Below, piece by piece: positions 25,301 to 40,480 of a stretch of DNA of 64,000 nt. This DNA is from Paragordius varius (Eukaryota; Animalia; Nematomorpha): assembly GCA_964247055.1 (NCBI GenBank), contig OZ176056.1, positions 1,798,001-1,862,000 on the forward strand, given 5' to 3'. How positions within the stretch are numbered: the first letter of the stretch is position 1; each line of letters starts with the position of its first letter. The notes under the pieces are model-generated. The model saw only the letters and a list, made by a program, of their open reading frames with translations. It did no database searches and was not told the origin of the DNA. Made by a program: the position numbers and the translations under genes.

Positions 25301-28300
25301 TGTACATCCACTCATCACCGAAGCCGCCATTCAGTAACAAGATAGATGGTGTTTTGGTTGTTAACGAGTTGAGAATTGATTGAAAACAGATTTTGCCGGA
25401 CGGTTTATTGTAAGATTTGGCTAACTTGAGTTTACTGTAAAGGACTAAACAGACTAAAGTATTATTGTGGACATCCACTCATCACCGAAGCCCCAATTCA
25501 GTAACAAGATAGATGGTGTTTTGGTTGTTAACGTGATGAGAATTGATTGAAAACAGATTTTGACGGACGGTTTATTGTAAGACTTGGCTAACTTCATTTT
25601 ACTGTAAAGGACTAAATAGATTAGTTATTTTTGCATCCACTCATCACCGAAGCCCCAATTCAGTAACAAGATAGATGGTGTTTTAGTTGTTAACGAGTTG
25701 AGAATTGATTGAAATCAGATTTCGCCGGACAGTTTATTGTAAGAATTAGCTAACTTGAGTTTACCGTAAAGGACTAAATAGATTAGTTATTTTTGCATCC
25801 ACTCATCACCGAAGCCCCAATTCAGTATCAAGATAGATGGTGTTTTAGTTGTTAACGAGTTGAGAATTGATTGAAAACAGATTTCGCCGGACAGTTTATT
25901 GTAAGACTTGGCTAACTTGGGTTTACTGTAAAGGACTAAACAGATTAAGTTATTTTGTGCATCCACTCATCACCGAAGCCCCCATTCAGTAACAAGATAG
26001 ATGGTGTTTTAGTTGTTAACGAGTTGAGAATTGATTGAAAACAGATTTTGCCGGACGGTTGATTGTAAGACTTGGCTAACTTGAGTTTACTGTAAAGGAC
26101 TAAACAGATTAAAGTATTATTGTGTACATCCACTCATCACCGAAGCCCCAATTCAGTAACAAGATAGACGGTGTTTTGGTTGTTAACGAGTTGAGAATTG
26201 ATTGAAAACAGATTTTGCCGGACGGTTTATTGTAAAGACTTGGCTAACTTGAGTTTACTGTAAAGGACTAAACAGATTAAAGTATTATTGTGTACATCCA
26301 CTCATCACCGAAGCCGCCATTCAGTAACAAGATAGATGGTGTTTTGGTTGTTAACGAGTTGAGAATTGATTGAAAACAGATTTTGCCGGACGGTTTATTG
26401 TAAGACTTGGCTAACTTGAGTTTACTGTAAAGGACTAAACAGATTAAAGTATTAATGTGTACATCCACTCATCACCGAAGCCCCAATTCAGTAACAAGAT
26501 AGATGGTGTTTTAGTTGTTAACAAGTTGAGAAATGATTGAAAACAGATTTTGCCGGACGGTTTATTGTAAGATTTGGCTAACTTGAGTTTACTGTAAAGG
26601 ACTAAACAGATTAAAGTATTATTGTGGACATCCACTCATCACCGAAGCCCCAATTCAGTAACAAGATAGATGGTGTTTTAGTTGTTAACGAGTTGAGAAT
26701 TGATTAAAAACAGATTTCGCCGGACAGTTTATTGTAAGATTTGGCTAACTTGAGTTTACTGTAAAGGACTAAACACATTAAAGTATTATTGTGGACATCC
26801 ACTCATCACCGAAGCCCCAATTCAGTAACAAGATAGACGGTGTTTTAGTTGTTAACAAGTTGAGAATTGATTGAAAACAGATTTTGCCGGACGGTTTATT
26901 GTAAGATTTGGCTAACTTGAGTTTACTGTAAAGGACTAAACAGATTAAGTTATTTTGTGCATCCACTCATCACCGAAGCCCCAAATCAGTAACAAGATAG
27001 ATGGTGTTTTAGTTGTTAACGAGTTGAGAATTGATTGAAAACAGATTTTGCCGGACGGTTGATTGTAAGACTTGGCTAACTTGAGTTTTTTGTAAAGGAC
27101 TAAACAGATTAAAGTATTATTGTGTACATCCACTCATCACCGAAGCCCCAATTCAGTAACAAGATAGACGGTGTTTTGGTTGTTAACGAGTTGAGAATTG
27201 ATTGAAAACAGATTTTGCCGGACGGTTTATTGTAGAGACTTGGCTAACTTGAGTTTACTGTAAAGGACTAAACAGATTAAGTTATTTTGTGCATCCACTC
27301 ATCACCGAAGCCCCAAATCAGTAACAAGATAGATGGTGTTTTAGTTGTTAACGAGTTGAGAATTGATTGAAAACAGATATTGCCGGACGGTTGATTGTAA
27401 GACTTGGCTAACTTGAGTTTTTTGTAAAGGACTAAACAGATTAAAGTATTATTGTGTACATCCACTCATCACCGAAGCCCCAATTCAGTAACAAGATAGA
27501 CGGTGTTTTGGTTGTTAACGAGTTGAGAATTGATTGAAAACAGATTTTGCCGGACGGTTTATTGTAAAGACTTGGCTAACCTGAGTTTACTGTAAAGGAC
27601 TAAACAGATTAAAGTATTATTGTGTACATCCACTCATCACCGAAGCCGCCATTCAGTAACAAGATAGATGGTGTTTTGGTTGTTAACGAGTTGAGAATTG
27701 ATTGAAAACAGATTTTGCCGGACGGTTTATTGTAAGACTTGGCTAACTTTAGTTTACTGTAAAGGACTAAACAGATTAAAGTATTATTGTGGACATCCAC
27801 TCATCACCGAAGCCCCAATTCAGTAACAAGATAGACAGTGTTTTAGTTGTTAACAAGATGAGAATTGATTGAAAACAGATTTTGCCGGACGGTTTATTGT
27901 AAGATTTGGCTAACTTGAGTTTACTGTAAAGGACTAAACACATTAAAGTATCATTGTGGACATCCACTCATCACCGAAGCCCCAATTCAGTAACAAGATA
28001 GACGGTGTTTTAGTTGTTAACAAGTTGAGAATTGATTGACAGATTTTGCCGGACGGTTTATTGTAAGATTTGGCTAACTTGAGTTTACTGTAAAGGACTA
28101 AACAGATTAAAGTATTATTGTGGACATCCACTCATCACCGAAGCCCCAATTCAGTAACAAGATAGATGGTGTTTTGGTTGTTAACGTGATGAGAATTGAT
28201 TGAAAACAGATTTTGACGGACGGTTTATTGTAAGACTTGGCTAACTTGAGTTTACTGTAAAGGACTAAACAGATTAAAGTATTATTGTGGACATCCACTC

Positions 28301-31300
28301 ATCACCGAAGCCCCAATTCAGTAACAAGATAGATGGTGTTTTAGTTGTTAACGAGTTGAGAATTGATTAAAAACAGATTTCGCCGGACAGTTTATTGTAA
28401 GAATTAGCTAACTTGGGTTTACTGTAAAGGACTAAACAGATTAAGTTATTTTGTGCATCCACTCATCACCGAAGCCCCAATTCAGTAACAAGATAGACGG
28501 TGTTTTGGTTGTTAACGAGTTGAGAATTGATTGAAAACAGATTTTGCCAGACGGTTTATTGGATTTGGCTAACTTGAGTTTACTGTAAAGGACTAAACAG
28601 ATTAACTTTTATTTGCACATTCACTCATCACCGAAGCCCCAATTCAGTAACAAGATAGACGGTGTTTTGGTTCTTAAGGAGTTGAGAATTGATTGAAAAC
28701 ATATTTTGCCGGACGGTTTATTGTAAAGACTTGGCTTACTTGAGTTTACTGTAAAGGACTAAACAGATTAAAGTATTGTGTACATCCACTCATCACCGAA
28801 GCCGCCATTCAGTAACAAGATAGATGGTGTTTTGGTTGTTAACGAGTTGAGAATTGATTGAAAACAGATTTTGCCGGACGGTTTATTGTAAGATTTGGCT
28901 AACTTGAGTTTACTGTAAAGGACTAAACAGATTAAAGTATTATTGTGTACATCCACTCATCACCGAAGCCCCAATTCAGTAACAAGATAGACGATGTTTT
29001 GGTTGTTAACGAGTTGAGAATTGATTGAAAACAGATTTTGCCGGACGGTTTATTGTAAGATTTGGCTAACTTGAGTTTACTGTAAAGGACTAAACAGATT
29101 AAGTTATTTTGTGCATCCACTCATCACCGAAGCCCCAAATCAGTAACAAGATAGATGGTGTTTTAGTTGTTAACGAGTTGAGAATTGATTGAAAACAGAT
29201 TTTGCCGGACGGTTGATTGTAAAGACTTGACTAACTTGAGTTTACTGTAAAGGACTAAACACATTAAAGTATCATTGTGGACATCCACTCATCACCGAAG
29301 CCCCAATTCAGTAACAAGATAGACGGTGTTTTAGTTGTTAACAAGTTGAGAATTGATTGACAGATTTTGCCGGACGGTTTATTGTAAGACTTGGCTAACT
29401 TGAGTTTTTTGTAAAGGACTAAACAGATTAAAGTATTATTGTGTACATCCACTCATCACCGAAGCCCCAATTCAGTAACAAGATAGACGGTGTTTTGGTT
29501 GTTAACGAGTTGAGAATTGATTGAAAACAGATTTTGCCGGACGGTTTATTGTAAAGACTTGGCTAACTTGAGTTTACTGTAAAGGACTAAACAGATTAAA
29601 GTATTATTGTGTACATCCACTCATCACCGAAGCCGCCATTCAGTAACAAGATAGATGGTGTTTTGGTTGTTAACGAGTTGAGAATTGATTGAAAACAGAT
29701 TTTGCCGGACGGTTTATTGTAAGACTTGGCTAACTTTAGTTTACTGTAAAGGACTAAACAGATTAAAGTATTATTGTGGACATCCACTCATCACCGAAGC
29801 CCCAATTCAGTAACAAGATAGACGGTGTTTTAGTTGTTAACAAGATGAGAATTGATTGAAAACAGATTTTGCCAGACGGTTTATTGGATTTGGCTAACTT
29901 GAGTTTACTGTAAAGGACTAAACAGATTAACTTTTATTTGTACATTCACTCATCACCGAAGCCCCAATTCAGTAACAAGATAGACGGTGTTTTGGTTCTT
30001 AAGGAGTTGAGAATTGATTGAAAACATATTTTGCCGGACGGTTTATTGTAAAGACTTGGCTAACTTGAGTTTACTGTAAAGGACTAAACAGATTAAAGTA
30101 TTGTGTACATCCACTCATCACCGAAGCCGCCATTCAGTAACAAGATAGATGGTGTTTTGGTTGTTAACGTGATGAGAATTGATTGAAAACAGATTTTGAC
30201 GGACGGTTTATTGTAAGACTTGGCTAACTTGAGTTTACTGTAAAGGACTAAACAGATTAAAGTATTATTGTGTACATCCACTCATCACCGAAGCCCCAAT
30301 TCAGTAACAAGATAGATGGTGTTTTGGTTGTTAACGAGTTGAGAATTGATTGAAAACAGATTTTGCCGGACGGTTTATTGTAAGATTTGGCTAACTTGAG
30401 TTTACTGTAAAGGACTAAACAGATTAAAGTATTATTGTGTACATCCACTCATCACCGAAGCCCCAATTCAGTAACAAGATAGACGGTGTTTTGGTTCTTA
30501 AGGAGTTGAGAATTGATTGAAAACATATTTTGCCGGACGGTTTATTGTAAAGACTTGACTAACTTGAGTTTACTGTAAAGGACTAAACAGATTAAGTTAT
30601 TTTGTGCATCCACTCATCACCGAAGCCCCAAATCAGTAACAAGATAGATGGTGTTTTAGTTGTTAACGAGTTGAGAATTGATTGAAACAGATTTTGCCGG
30701 ACGGTTGATTGTAAGACTTGGCTAACTTGAGTTTTTTGTAAAGGACTAAACAGATTAAAGTATTATTGTGTACATCCACTCATCACCGAAGCCCCAATTC
30801 AGTAACAAGATAGACGGTGTTTTGGTTGTTAACGAGTTGAGAATTGATTGAAAACAGATTTTGCCGGACGGTTTATTGTAAAGACTTGGCTAACTGGAGT
30901 TTACTGTAAAGGACTAAACAGATTAAAGTATTATTGTGTACATCCACTCATCACCGAAGCCGCCATTCAGTAACAAGATAGATGGTGTTTTGGTTGTTAA
31001 CGAATTGAGAATTGATTGAAAACAGATTTTGCCGGACGGTTTATTGTAAGACTTGGCTAACTTGAGTTTACTGTAAAGGACTAAACAGATCAAAGTATTA
31101 ATGTGTACATCCACTCATCACCGAAGCCCCAATTCAGTAACAAGATAGATGGTGTTTTAGTTGTTAACAAGTTGAGAATTGATTGAAAACAGATTTTGCC
31201 GGACGGTTTATTGTAAGACTTGGCTAACTTTAGTTTACTGTAAAGGACTAAACAGATTAAAGTATTATTGTGGACATCCACTCATCACCGAAGCCCCAAT

Positions 31301-34300
31301 TCAGTAACAAGATAGACGGTGTTTTAGTTGTTAACAAGATGAGAATTGATTGAAAACAGATTTTGCCAGACGGTTTATTGGATTTGGCTAACTTGAGTTT
31401 ACTGTAAAGGACTAAACAGATTAACTTTTATTTGTACATTCACTCATCACCGAAGCCCCAATTCAGTAACAAGATAGACGGTGTTTTGGTTCTTAAGGAG
31501 TTGAGAATTGATTGAAAACATATTTTGCCGGACGGTTTATTGTAAAGACTTGGCTAACTTGAGTTTACTGTAAAGGACTAAACAGATTAAAGTATTGTGT
31601 ACATCCACTCATCACCGAAGCCGCCATTCAGTAACAAGATAGACGGTGTTTTGGTTGTTAACGAGTTGAGAATTGATTGAAAACAGATTTTGCCGGACGG
31701 TTTATTGTAAAGACTTGGCTAACCTGAGTTTACTGTAAAGGACTAAACAGATTAAAGTATTATTGTGTACATCCACTCATCACCGAAGCCGCCATTCAGT
31801 AACAAGATAGATGGTGTTTTGGTTGTTAACGAGTTGAGAATTGATTGAAAACAGATTTTGCCGGACGGTTTATTGTAAGACTTGGCTAACTTTAGTTTAC
31901 TGTAAAGGACTAAACAGATTAAAGTATTATTGTGGACATCCACTCATCACCGAAGCCCCAATTCAGTAACAAGATAGACGGTGTTTTAGTTGTTAACAAG
32001 ATGAGAATTGATTGAAAACAGATTTTGCCGGACGGTTTATTGTAAGATTTGGCTAACTTGAGTTTACTGTAAAGGACTAAACACATTAAAGTATCATTGT
32101 GGACATCCACTCATCACCGAAGCCCCAATTCAGTAACAAGATAGACGGTGTTTTAGTTGTTAACAAGTTGAGAATTGATTGACAGATTTTGCCGGACGGT
32201 TTATTGTAAGATTTGGCTAACTTGAGTTTACTGTAAAGGACTAAACAGATTAAAGTATTATTGTGGACATCCACTCATCACCGAAGCCCCAATTCAGTAA
32301 CAAGATAGATGGTGTTTTGGTTGTTAACGTGATGAGAATTGATTGAAAACAGATTTTGACGGACGGTTTATTGTAAGACTTGGCTAACTTGAGTTTACTG
32401 TAAAGGACTAAACAGATTAAAGTATTATTGTGGACATCCACTCATCACCGAAGCCCCAATTCAGTAACAAGATAGATGGTGTTTTAGTTGTTAACGAGTT
32501 GAGAATTGATTAAAAACAGATTTCGCCGGACAGTTTATTGTAAGAATTAGCTAACTTGGGTTTACTGTAAAGGACTAAACAGATTAAGTTATTTTGTGCA
32601 TCCACTCATCACCGAAGCCCCAATTCAGTAACAAGATAGACGGTGTTTTGGTTGTTAACGAGTTGAGAATTGATTGAAAACAGATTTTGCCAGACGGTTT
32701 ATTGGATTTGGCTAACTTGAGTTTACTGTAAAGGACTAAACAGATTAACTTTTATTTGTACATTCACTCATCACCGAAGCCCCAATTCAGTAACAAGATA
32801 GACGGTGTTTTGGTTCTTAAGGAGTTGAGAATTGATTGAAAACATATTTTGCCGGACGGTTTATTGTAAAGACTTGGCTTACTTGAGTTTACTGTAAAGG
32901 ACTAAACAGATTAAAGTATTCTGTACATCCACTCATCACCGAAGCCGCCATTCAGTAACAAGATAGATGGTGTTTTGGTTGTTAACGAGTTGAGAATTGA
33001 TTGAAAACAGATTTTGCCGGACGGTTTATTGTAAGATTTGGCTAACTTGAGTTTACTGTAAAGGACTAAACAGATTAAAGTATTATTGTGTACATCCACT
33101 CATCACCGAAGCCCCAATTCAGTAACAAGATAGACGATGTTTTGGTTGTTAACGAGTTGAGAATTGATCGAAAACAGATTTTGCCGGACGGTTTATTGTA
33201 AGATTTGGCTAACTTGAGTTTACTGTAAAGGACTAAACAGATTAAGTTATTTTGTGCATCCACTCATCACCGAAGCCCCAAATCAGTAACAAGATAGATG
33301 GTGTTTTAGTTGTTAACGAGTTGAGAATTGATTGAAAACAGATTTTGCCGGACGGTTGATTGTAAGACTTGGCTAACTTGAGTTTTTTGTAAAGGACTAA
33401 ACAGATTAAAGTATTATTGTGTACATCCACTCATCACCGAAGCCCCAATTCAGTAACAAGATAGACGGTGTTTTGGTTGTTAACGAGTTGAGAATTGATT
33501 GAAAACAGATTTTGCCGGACGGTTTATTGTAAAGACTTGGCTAACTTGAGTTTACTGTAAAGAACTAAACAGATTAAAGTATTATTGTGTACATCCACTC
33601 ATCACCGAAGCCGCCATTCAGTAACAAGATAGATGGTGTTTTGGTTGTTAACGAGTTGAGAATTGATTGAAAACAGATTTTGCCGGACGGTTTATTGTAA
33701 GACTTGGCTAACTTTAGTTTACTGTAAAGGACTAAACAGATTAAAGTATTATTGTGGACATCCACTCATCACCGAAGCCCCAATTCAGTAACAAGATAGA
33801 CGGTGTTTTAGTTGTTAACAAGATGAGAATTGATTGAAAACAGATTTTGCCAGACGGTTTATTGGATTTGGCTAACTTGAGTTTACTGTAAAGGACTAAA
33901 CAGATTAACTTTTATTTGTACATTCACTCATCACCGAAGCCCCAATTCAGTAACAAGATAGACGGTGTTTTGGTTCTTAAGGAGTTGAGAATTGATTGAA
34001 AACATATTTTGCCGGACGGTTTATTGTAAAGACTTGGCTAACTTGAGTTTACTGTAAAGGACTAAACAGATTAAAGTATTGTGTACATCCACTCATCACC
34101 GAAGCCGCCATTCAGTAACAAGATAGATGGTGTTTTGGTTGTTAACGTGATGAGAATTGATTGAAAACAGATTTTGACGGACGGTTTATTGTAAGACTTG
34201 GCTAACTTGAGTTTACTGTAAAGGACTAAACAGATTAAAGTATTATTGTGTACATCCACTCATCACCGAAGCCCCAATTCAGTAACAAGATAGATGGTGT

Positions 34301-37300
34301 TTTGGTTGTTAACGAGTTGAGAATTGATTGAAAACAGATTTTGCCGGACGGTTTATTGTAAGATTTGGCTAACTTGAGTTTACTGTAAAGGACTAAACAG
34401 ATTAAAGTATTATTGTGTACATCCACTCATCACCGAAGCCCCAATTCAGTAACAAGATAGACGGTGTTTTGGTTCTTAAGGAGTTGAGAATTGATTGAAA
34501 ACATATTTTGCCGGACGGTTTATTGTAAAGACTTGACTAACTTGAGTTTACTGTAAAGGACTAAACAGATTAAGTTATTTTGTGCATCCACTCATCACCG
34601 AAGCCCCAAATCAGTAACAAGATAGATGGTGTTTTAGTTGTTAACGAGTTGAGAATTGATTGAAAACAGATTTTGCCGGACGGTTGATTGTAAGACTTGG
34701 CTAACTTGAGTTTTTTGTAAAGGACTAAACAGATTAAAGTATTATTGTGTACATCCACTCATCACCGAAGCCCCAATTCAGTAACAAGATAGACGGTGTT
34801 TTGGTTGTTAACGAGTTGAGAATTGATTGAAAACAGATTTTGCCGGACGGTTTATTGTAAAGACTTGGCTAACTTGAGTTTACTGTAAAGAACTAAACAG
34901 ATTAAAGTATTATTGTGTACATCCACTCATCACCGAAGCCGCCATTCAGTAACAAGATAGATGGTGTTTTGGTTGTTAACGAGTTGAGAATTGATTGAAA
35001 ACAGATTTTGCCGGACGGTTTATTGTAAGACTTGGCTAACTTTAGTTTACTGTAAAGGACTAAACAGATTAAAGTATTATTGTGGACATCCACTCATCAC
35101 CGAAGCCCCAATTCAGTAACAAGATAGACGGTGTTTTAGTTGTTAACAAGATGAGAATTGATTGAAAACAGATTTTGCCAGACGGTTTATTGGATTTGGC
35201 TAACTTGAGTTTACTGTAAAGGACTAAACAGATTAACTTTTATTTGTACATTCACTCATCACCGAAGCCCCAATTCAGTAACAAGATAGACGGTGTTTTG
35301 GTTCTTAAGGAGTTGAGAATTGATTGAAAACATATTTTGCCGGACGGTTTATTGTAAAGACTTGGCTAACTTGAGTTTACTGTAAAGGACTAAACAGATT
35401 AAAGTATTGTGTACATCCACTCATCACCGAAGCCGCCATTCAGTAACAAGATAGATGGTGTTTTGGTTGTTAACGTGATGAGAATTGATTGAAAACAGAT
35501 TTTGACGGACGGTTTATTGTAAGACTTGGCTAACTTGAGTTTACTGTAAAGGACTAAACAGATTAAAGTATTATTGTGTACATCCACTCATCACCGAAGC
35601 CCCAATTCAGTAACAAGATAGATGGTGTTTTGGTTGTTAACGAGTTGAGAATTGATTGAAAACAGATTTTGCCGGACGGTTTATTGTAAGATTTGGCTAA
35701 CTTGAGTTTACTGTAAAGGACTAAACAGATTAAAGTATTATTGTGTACATCCACTCATCACCGAAGCCCCAATTCAGTAACAAGATAGACGGTGTTTTGG
35801 TTCTTAAGGAGTTGAGAATTGATTGAAAACATATTTTGCCGGACGGTTTATTGTAAAGACTTGACTAACTTGAGTTTACTGTAAAGGACTAAACAGATTA
35901 AGTTATTTTGTGCATCCACTCATCACCGAAGCCCCAAATCAGTAACAAGATAGATGGTGTTTTAGTTGTTAACGAGTTGAGAATTGATTGAAACAGATTT
36001 TGCCGGACGGTTGATTGTAAGACTTGGCTAACTTGAGTTTTTTGTAAAGGACTAAACAGATTAAAGTATTATTGTGTACATCCACTCATCACCGAAGCCC
36101 CAATTCAGTAACAAGATAGACGGTGTTTTGGTTGTTAACGAGTTGAGAATTGATTGAAAACAGATTTTGCCGGACGGTTTATTGTAAAGACTTGGCTAAC
36201 TGGAGTTTACTGTAAAGGACTAAACAGATTAAAGTATTATTGTGTACATCCACTCATCACCGAAGCCGCCATTCAGTAACAAGATAGATGGTGTTTTGGT
36301 TGTTAACGAATTGAGAATTGATTGAAAACAGATTTTGCCGGACGGTTTATTGTAAGACTTGGCTAACTTGAGTTTACTGTAAAGGACTAAACAGATCAAA
36401 GTATTAATGTGTACATCCACTCATCACCGAAGCCCCAATTCAGTAACAAGATAGATGGTGTTTTAGTTGTTAACAAGTTGAGAATTGATTGAAAACAGAT
36501 TTTGCCGGACGGTTTATTGTAAGACTTGGCTAACTTTAGTTTACTGTAAAGGACTAAACAGATTAAAGTATTATTGTGGACATCCACTCATCACCGAAGC
36601 CCCAATTCAGTAACAAGATAGACGGTGTTTTAGTTGTTAACAAGATGAGAATTGATTGAAAACAGATTTTGCCAGACGGTTTATTGGATTTGGCTAACTT
36701 GAGTTTACTGTAAAGGACTAAACAGATTAACTTTTATTTGTACATTCACTCATCACCGAAGCCCCAATTCAGTAACAAGATAGACGGTGTTTTGGTTCTT
36801 AAGGAGTTGAGAATTGATTGAAAACATATTTTGCCGGACGGTTTATTGTAAAGACTTGGCTAACTTGAGTTTACTGTAAAGGACTAAACAGATTAAAGTA
36901 TTGTGTACATCCACTCATCACCGAAGCCGCCATTCAGTAACAAGATAGATGGTGTTTTGGTTGTTAACGTGATGAGAATTGATTGAAAACAGATTTTGAC
37001 GGACGGTTTATTGTAAGACTTGGCTAACTTGAGTTTACTGTAAAGGACTAAACAGATTAAAGTATTATTGTGTACATCCACTCATCACCGAAGCCCCAAT
37101 TCAGTAACAAGATAGATGGTGTTTTGGTTGTTAACGAGTTGAGAATTGATTGAAAACAGATTTTGCCGGACGGTTTATTGTAAGATTTGGCTAACTTGAG
37201 TTTACTGTAAAGGACTAAACAGATTAAAGTATTATTGTGTACATCCACTCATCACCGAAGCCCCAATTCAGTAACAAGATAGACGGTGTTTTGGTTCTTA

Positions 37301-38916
37301 AGGAGTTGAGAATTGATTGAAAACATATTTTGCCGGACGGTTTATTGTAAAGACTTGACTAACTTGAGTTTACTGTAAAGGACTAAACAGATTAAGTTAT
37401 TTTGTGCATCCACTCATCACCGAAGCCCCAAATCAGTAACAAGATAGATGGTGTTTTAGTTGTTAACGAGTTGAGAATTGATTGAAACAGATTTTGCCGG
37501 ACGGTTGATTGTAAGACTTGGCTAACTTGAGTTTTTTGTAAAGGACTAAACAGATTAAAGTATTATTGTGTACATCCACTCATCACCGAAGCCCCAATTC
37601 AGTAACAAGATAGACGGTGTTTTGGTTGTTAACGAGTTGAGAATTGATTGAAAACAGATTTTGCCGGACGGTTTATTGTAAAGACTTGGCTAACTTGAGT
37701 TTACTGTAAAGGACTAAACAGATTAAAGTATTATTGTGTACATCCACTCATCACCGAAGCCGCCATTCAGTAACAAGATAGATGGTGTTTTTGTTGTTAA
37801 CGAGTTGAGAATTGATTGAAAACAGATTTTGCCGGACGGTTTATTGTAAGACTTGGCTAACTTGAGTTTACTGTAAAGGACTAAACAGATCAAAGTATTA
37901 ATGTGTACATCCACTCATCACCGAAGCCCCAATTCAGTAACAAGATAGATGGTGTTTTAGTTGTTAACAAGTTGAGAATTGATTGAAAACAGATTTTGCC
38001 GGACGGTTTATTGTAAGATTTGGCTAACTTGAGTTTACTGTAAAGGACTAAACAGATTAAAGTATTATTGTGGAAATCCACTCATCACCGAAGCCCCAAT
38101 TCAGTAACAAGATAGATGGTGTTTTAGTTGTTAACGAGTTGAGAATTGATTAAAAACAGATTTCGCCGGACAGTTTATTGTAAGAATTAGCTAACTTGGG
38201 TTTACTGTAAAGGACTAAACAGATTAAGTTATTTTGTGCATCCACTCATCACCGAAGCCCCAATTCAGTAACAAGATAGACGGTGTTTTGGTTGTTAACG
38301 AGTTGAGAATTGATTGAAAACAGATTTTGCCAGACGGTTTATTGGATTTGGCTAACTTGAGTTTACTGTAAAGGACTAAACAGATTAACTTTTATTTGTA
38401 CATTCACTCATCACCGAAGCCCCAATTCAGTAACAAGATAGACGGTGTTTTGGTTCTTAAGGAGTTGAGAATTGATTGAAAACATATTTTGCCTGACGGT
38501 TTATTGTAAAGACTTGGCTAACTTGAGTTTACTGTAAAGGACTAAACAGATTAAAGTATTGTGTACATCCACTCATCACCGAAGCCGCCATTCAGTAACA
38601 AGATAGATGGTGTTTTGGTTGTTAACGAGTTGAGAATTGATTGAAAACAGATTTTGCCGGACGGTTTATTGTAAGATTTGGCTAACTTGAGTTTACTGTA
38701 AAGGACTAAACAGATTAAAGTATTATTGTGTACATCCACTCATCACCGAAGCCCCAATTCAGTAACCAGATAGACGATGTTTTGGTTGTTAACGAGTTGA
38801 GAATTGATTGAAAACAATTTTGCCGGACGATTTATTGTAAAGACTTGGCTAACTTGAGTTTATTGTAAAGGCCTAAAAGATTAAAGTATTATTGTGTACA
38901 TCCACTCATTACCGAA
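22321..38916. repeat. ~167-bp satellite array 1 (~100 monomers) with higher-order repeats
   Basis: Head-to-tail monomer CATCCACTCATCACCGAAGCCCCAATTCAGTAACAAGATAG...GGACTAAACAGATTAAAGTATTATTGTGTA (164-168 bp). Diagnostic variants recur at 2322, 4143, 1328 and 1494 bp. Confidence 0.98.
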
Positions 38917-39369
38917 CCCACCGATTTTCAAAACAAGAGAAGGTTGTAGGTTTTATGTATTCTATTTGTGTGTTATTATTTAAAAAACATTAACTTTAAT
39001 AAAATGATTGTTGCTTAAATTATATATGCTCATGTTTTAAGCATTTTGTACAATAACGAGAAAAAGCTATTTCACAAATATTAATATTACAAACACAACA
39101 TGGAAAAATTGAAAAATATTTTTTTAAAAGACTACTCTACTTATTCATAAATTATGATTCCCATAATTATAAAAATAAGCTAAACCAATTTACATCTCTA
39201 ATCCCCATTTCACAACCCAAAGAGTTAAATAAAAAAAACAAAAAAAAGAAATGGTTATTTTTAATTTTTACTTATTGTCTGTGTAATTCAAATTACTGTA
39301 AGTTTGATTATACACATTTTAAAAATGTGAAAATGTAAATTAATCATTTTAAACTACCGAAAATGTTCA

Positions 39370-40480
39370 AAATATTAAAAATAAAAAACAAGGATTTTTT
39401 CATAAGATATCCACCTTATCAAATGACCCCACATGCTCAATGAAAATGGGCCAACACTGCAGTGGTTTACCGAGCAGGCGCCCGGGGCATAAAAACTATC
39501 TTGACCCATCGTCGATCGCATATATGTTAAAATAAATTTTAGTTTGCTGGAGGTTTCAAAACTAGCGACTGACGTTGAAATAGTTAAAAGTATTTGAAGT
39601 GCAATCCTTGTATTGGGAAACACCGCCGCATAAAATTATAAAGGTTAAGAGTTCTAACGGAGTTTCAGGTTTGACACCTTTTCGACTTAGGAGTACTATC
39701 CTACAATCACAAATTTCATCAAAAAGATCTGTTCCATTAAAATCTCTATTGCAAAATTCGCCTATATATTTACTATTATTTTAAAATCTTATTGTTATTG
39801 TTATTACGTGTCAATATTTTTGATATCTACAAAAATCTAAATTTTGAATTTGCATCTCTTGGCCAAGAAAATCGCTTTTCCTTTCACGTTGCAATTTATC
39901 CAATACGTGTTTCATAACCCTATAAATTTCACATTTTGCAGAAAGAATCACTCCATCTGATTGAGAATTTTTCGGTTCTCTAGCACGGGTTGATAGATCC
40001 TAGTTTTCACATATAATTTTAGCTTTTTTATGGCTTCCTCGAAAAGTTGATTCCGAATATCATTAGTTAAGGATTCAAGGTCCTTAAATGCTTCATTAAA
40101 ATTAATTTTAGGATCTTGCAATCTATGTTAAACCCTATTGATTCTTTTTCGTATTTGATGCTTGAAAAAAATTAATGTTCGAAATTAAAAACACTCTGGA
40201 TTAAAACGGATGCCTCCCTTCTTGTTTCACTAGTATTTGAAGTATTTTTACTTAAATCTTCTAATAGCTCTATCAAATCATTTATTCCCTCAACAATGCC
40301 ACTTGCTTGAATTCTGACACTCCATCGGGTTTCAGACTCACGCTTAACAGTTTTTTTACTTTCTTTTTTAATAGGTCCCATCTAATAGTTGAACGTAAAA
40401 AAGATAGATATTTTAAATTATTCCGGCGCAGGTCACAACAATAATATCTTGTTTTGATTTTTTCCATTTCAACTCTTTAT
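39370..40480 (-). mobile_element. Decayed hAT transposase fragment
   Basis: C-terminal dimerisation-like motif FPNTRIALQILLTISTSVASFETS-SKLKFILTYMRSTMGQ (39,375-39,623). Also FLRSTIRWDLLKK, KRESETRWSVR and RLQDPKINFNEAFKDL. Frameshifted. Confidence 0.85.

Noticed and set aside
22631-38739. Dozens of 62-63 aa minus-strand ORFs (MDVHNNTLICLVLYSK...)
   Set aside because: One per satellite monomer. The 167-bp period is not a multiple of three, the ORFs overlap each other, and monomer variants freely frameshift or lose them.
22321-38916. CRISPR array
   Set aside because: Pure head-to-tail repeats with no unique spacers and no cas genes, in eukaryotic-type DNA.
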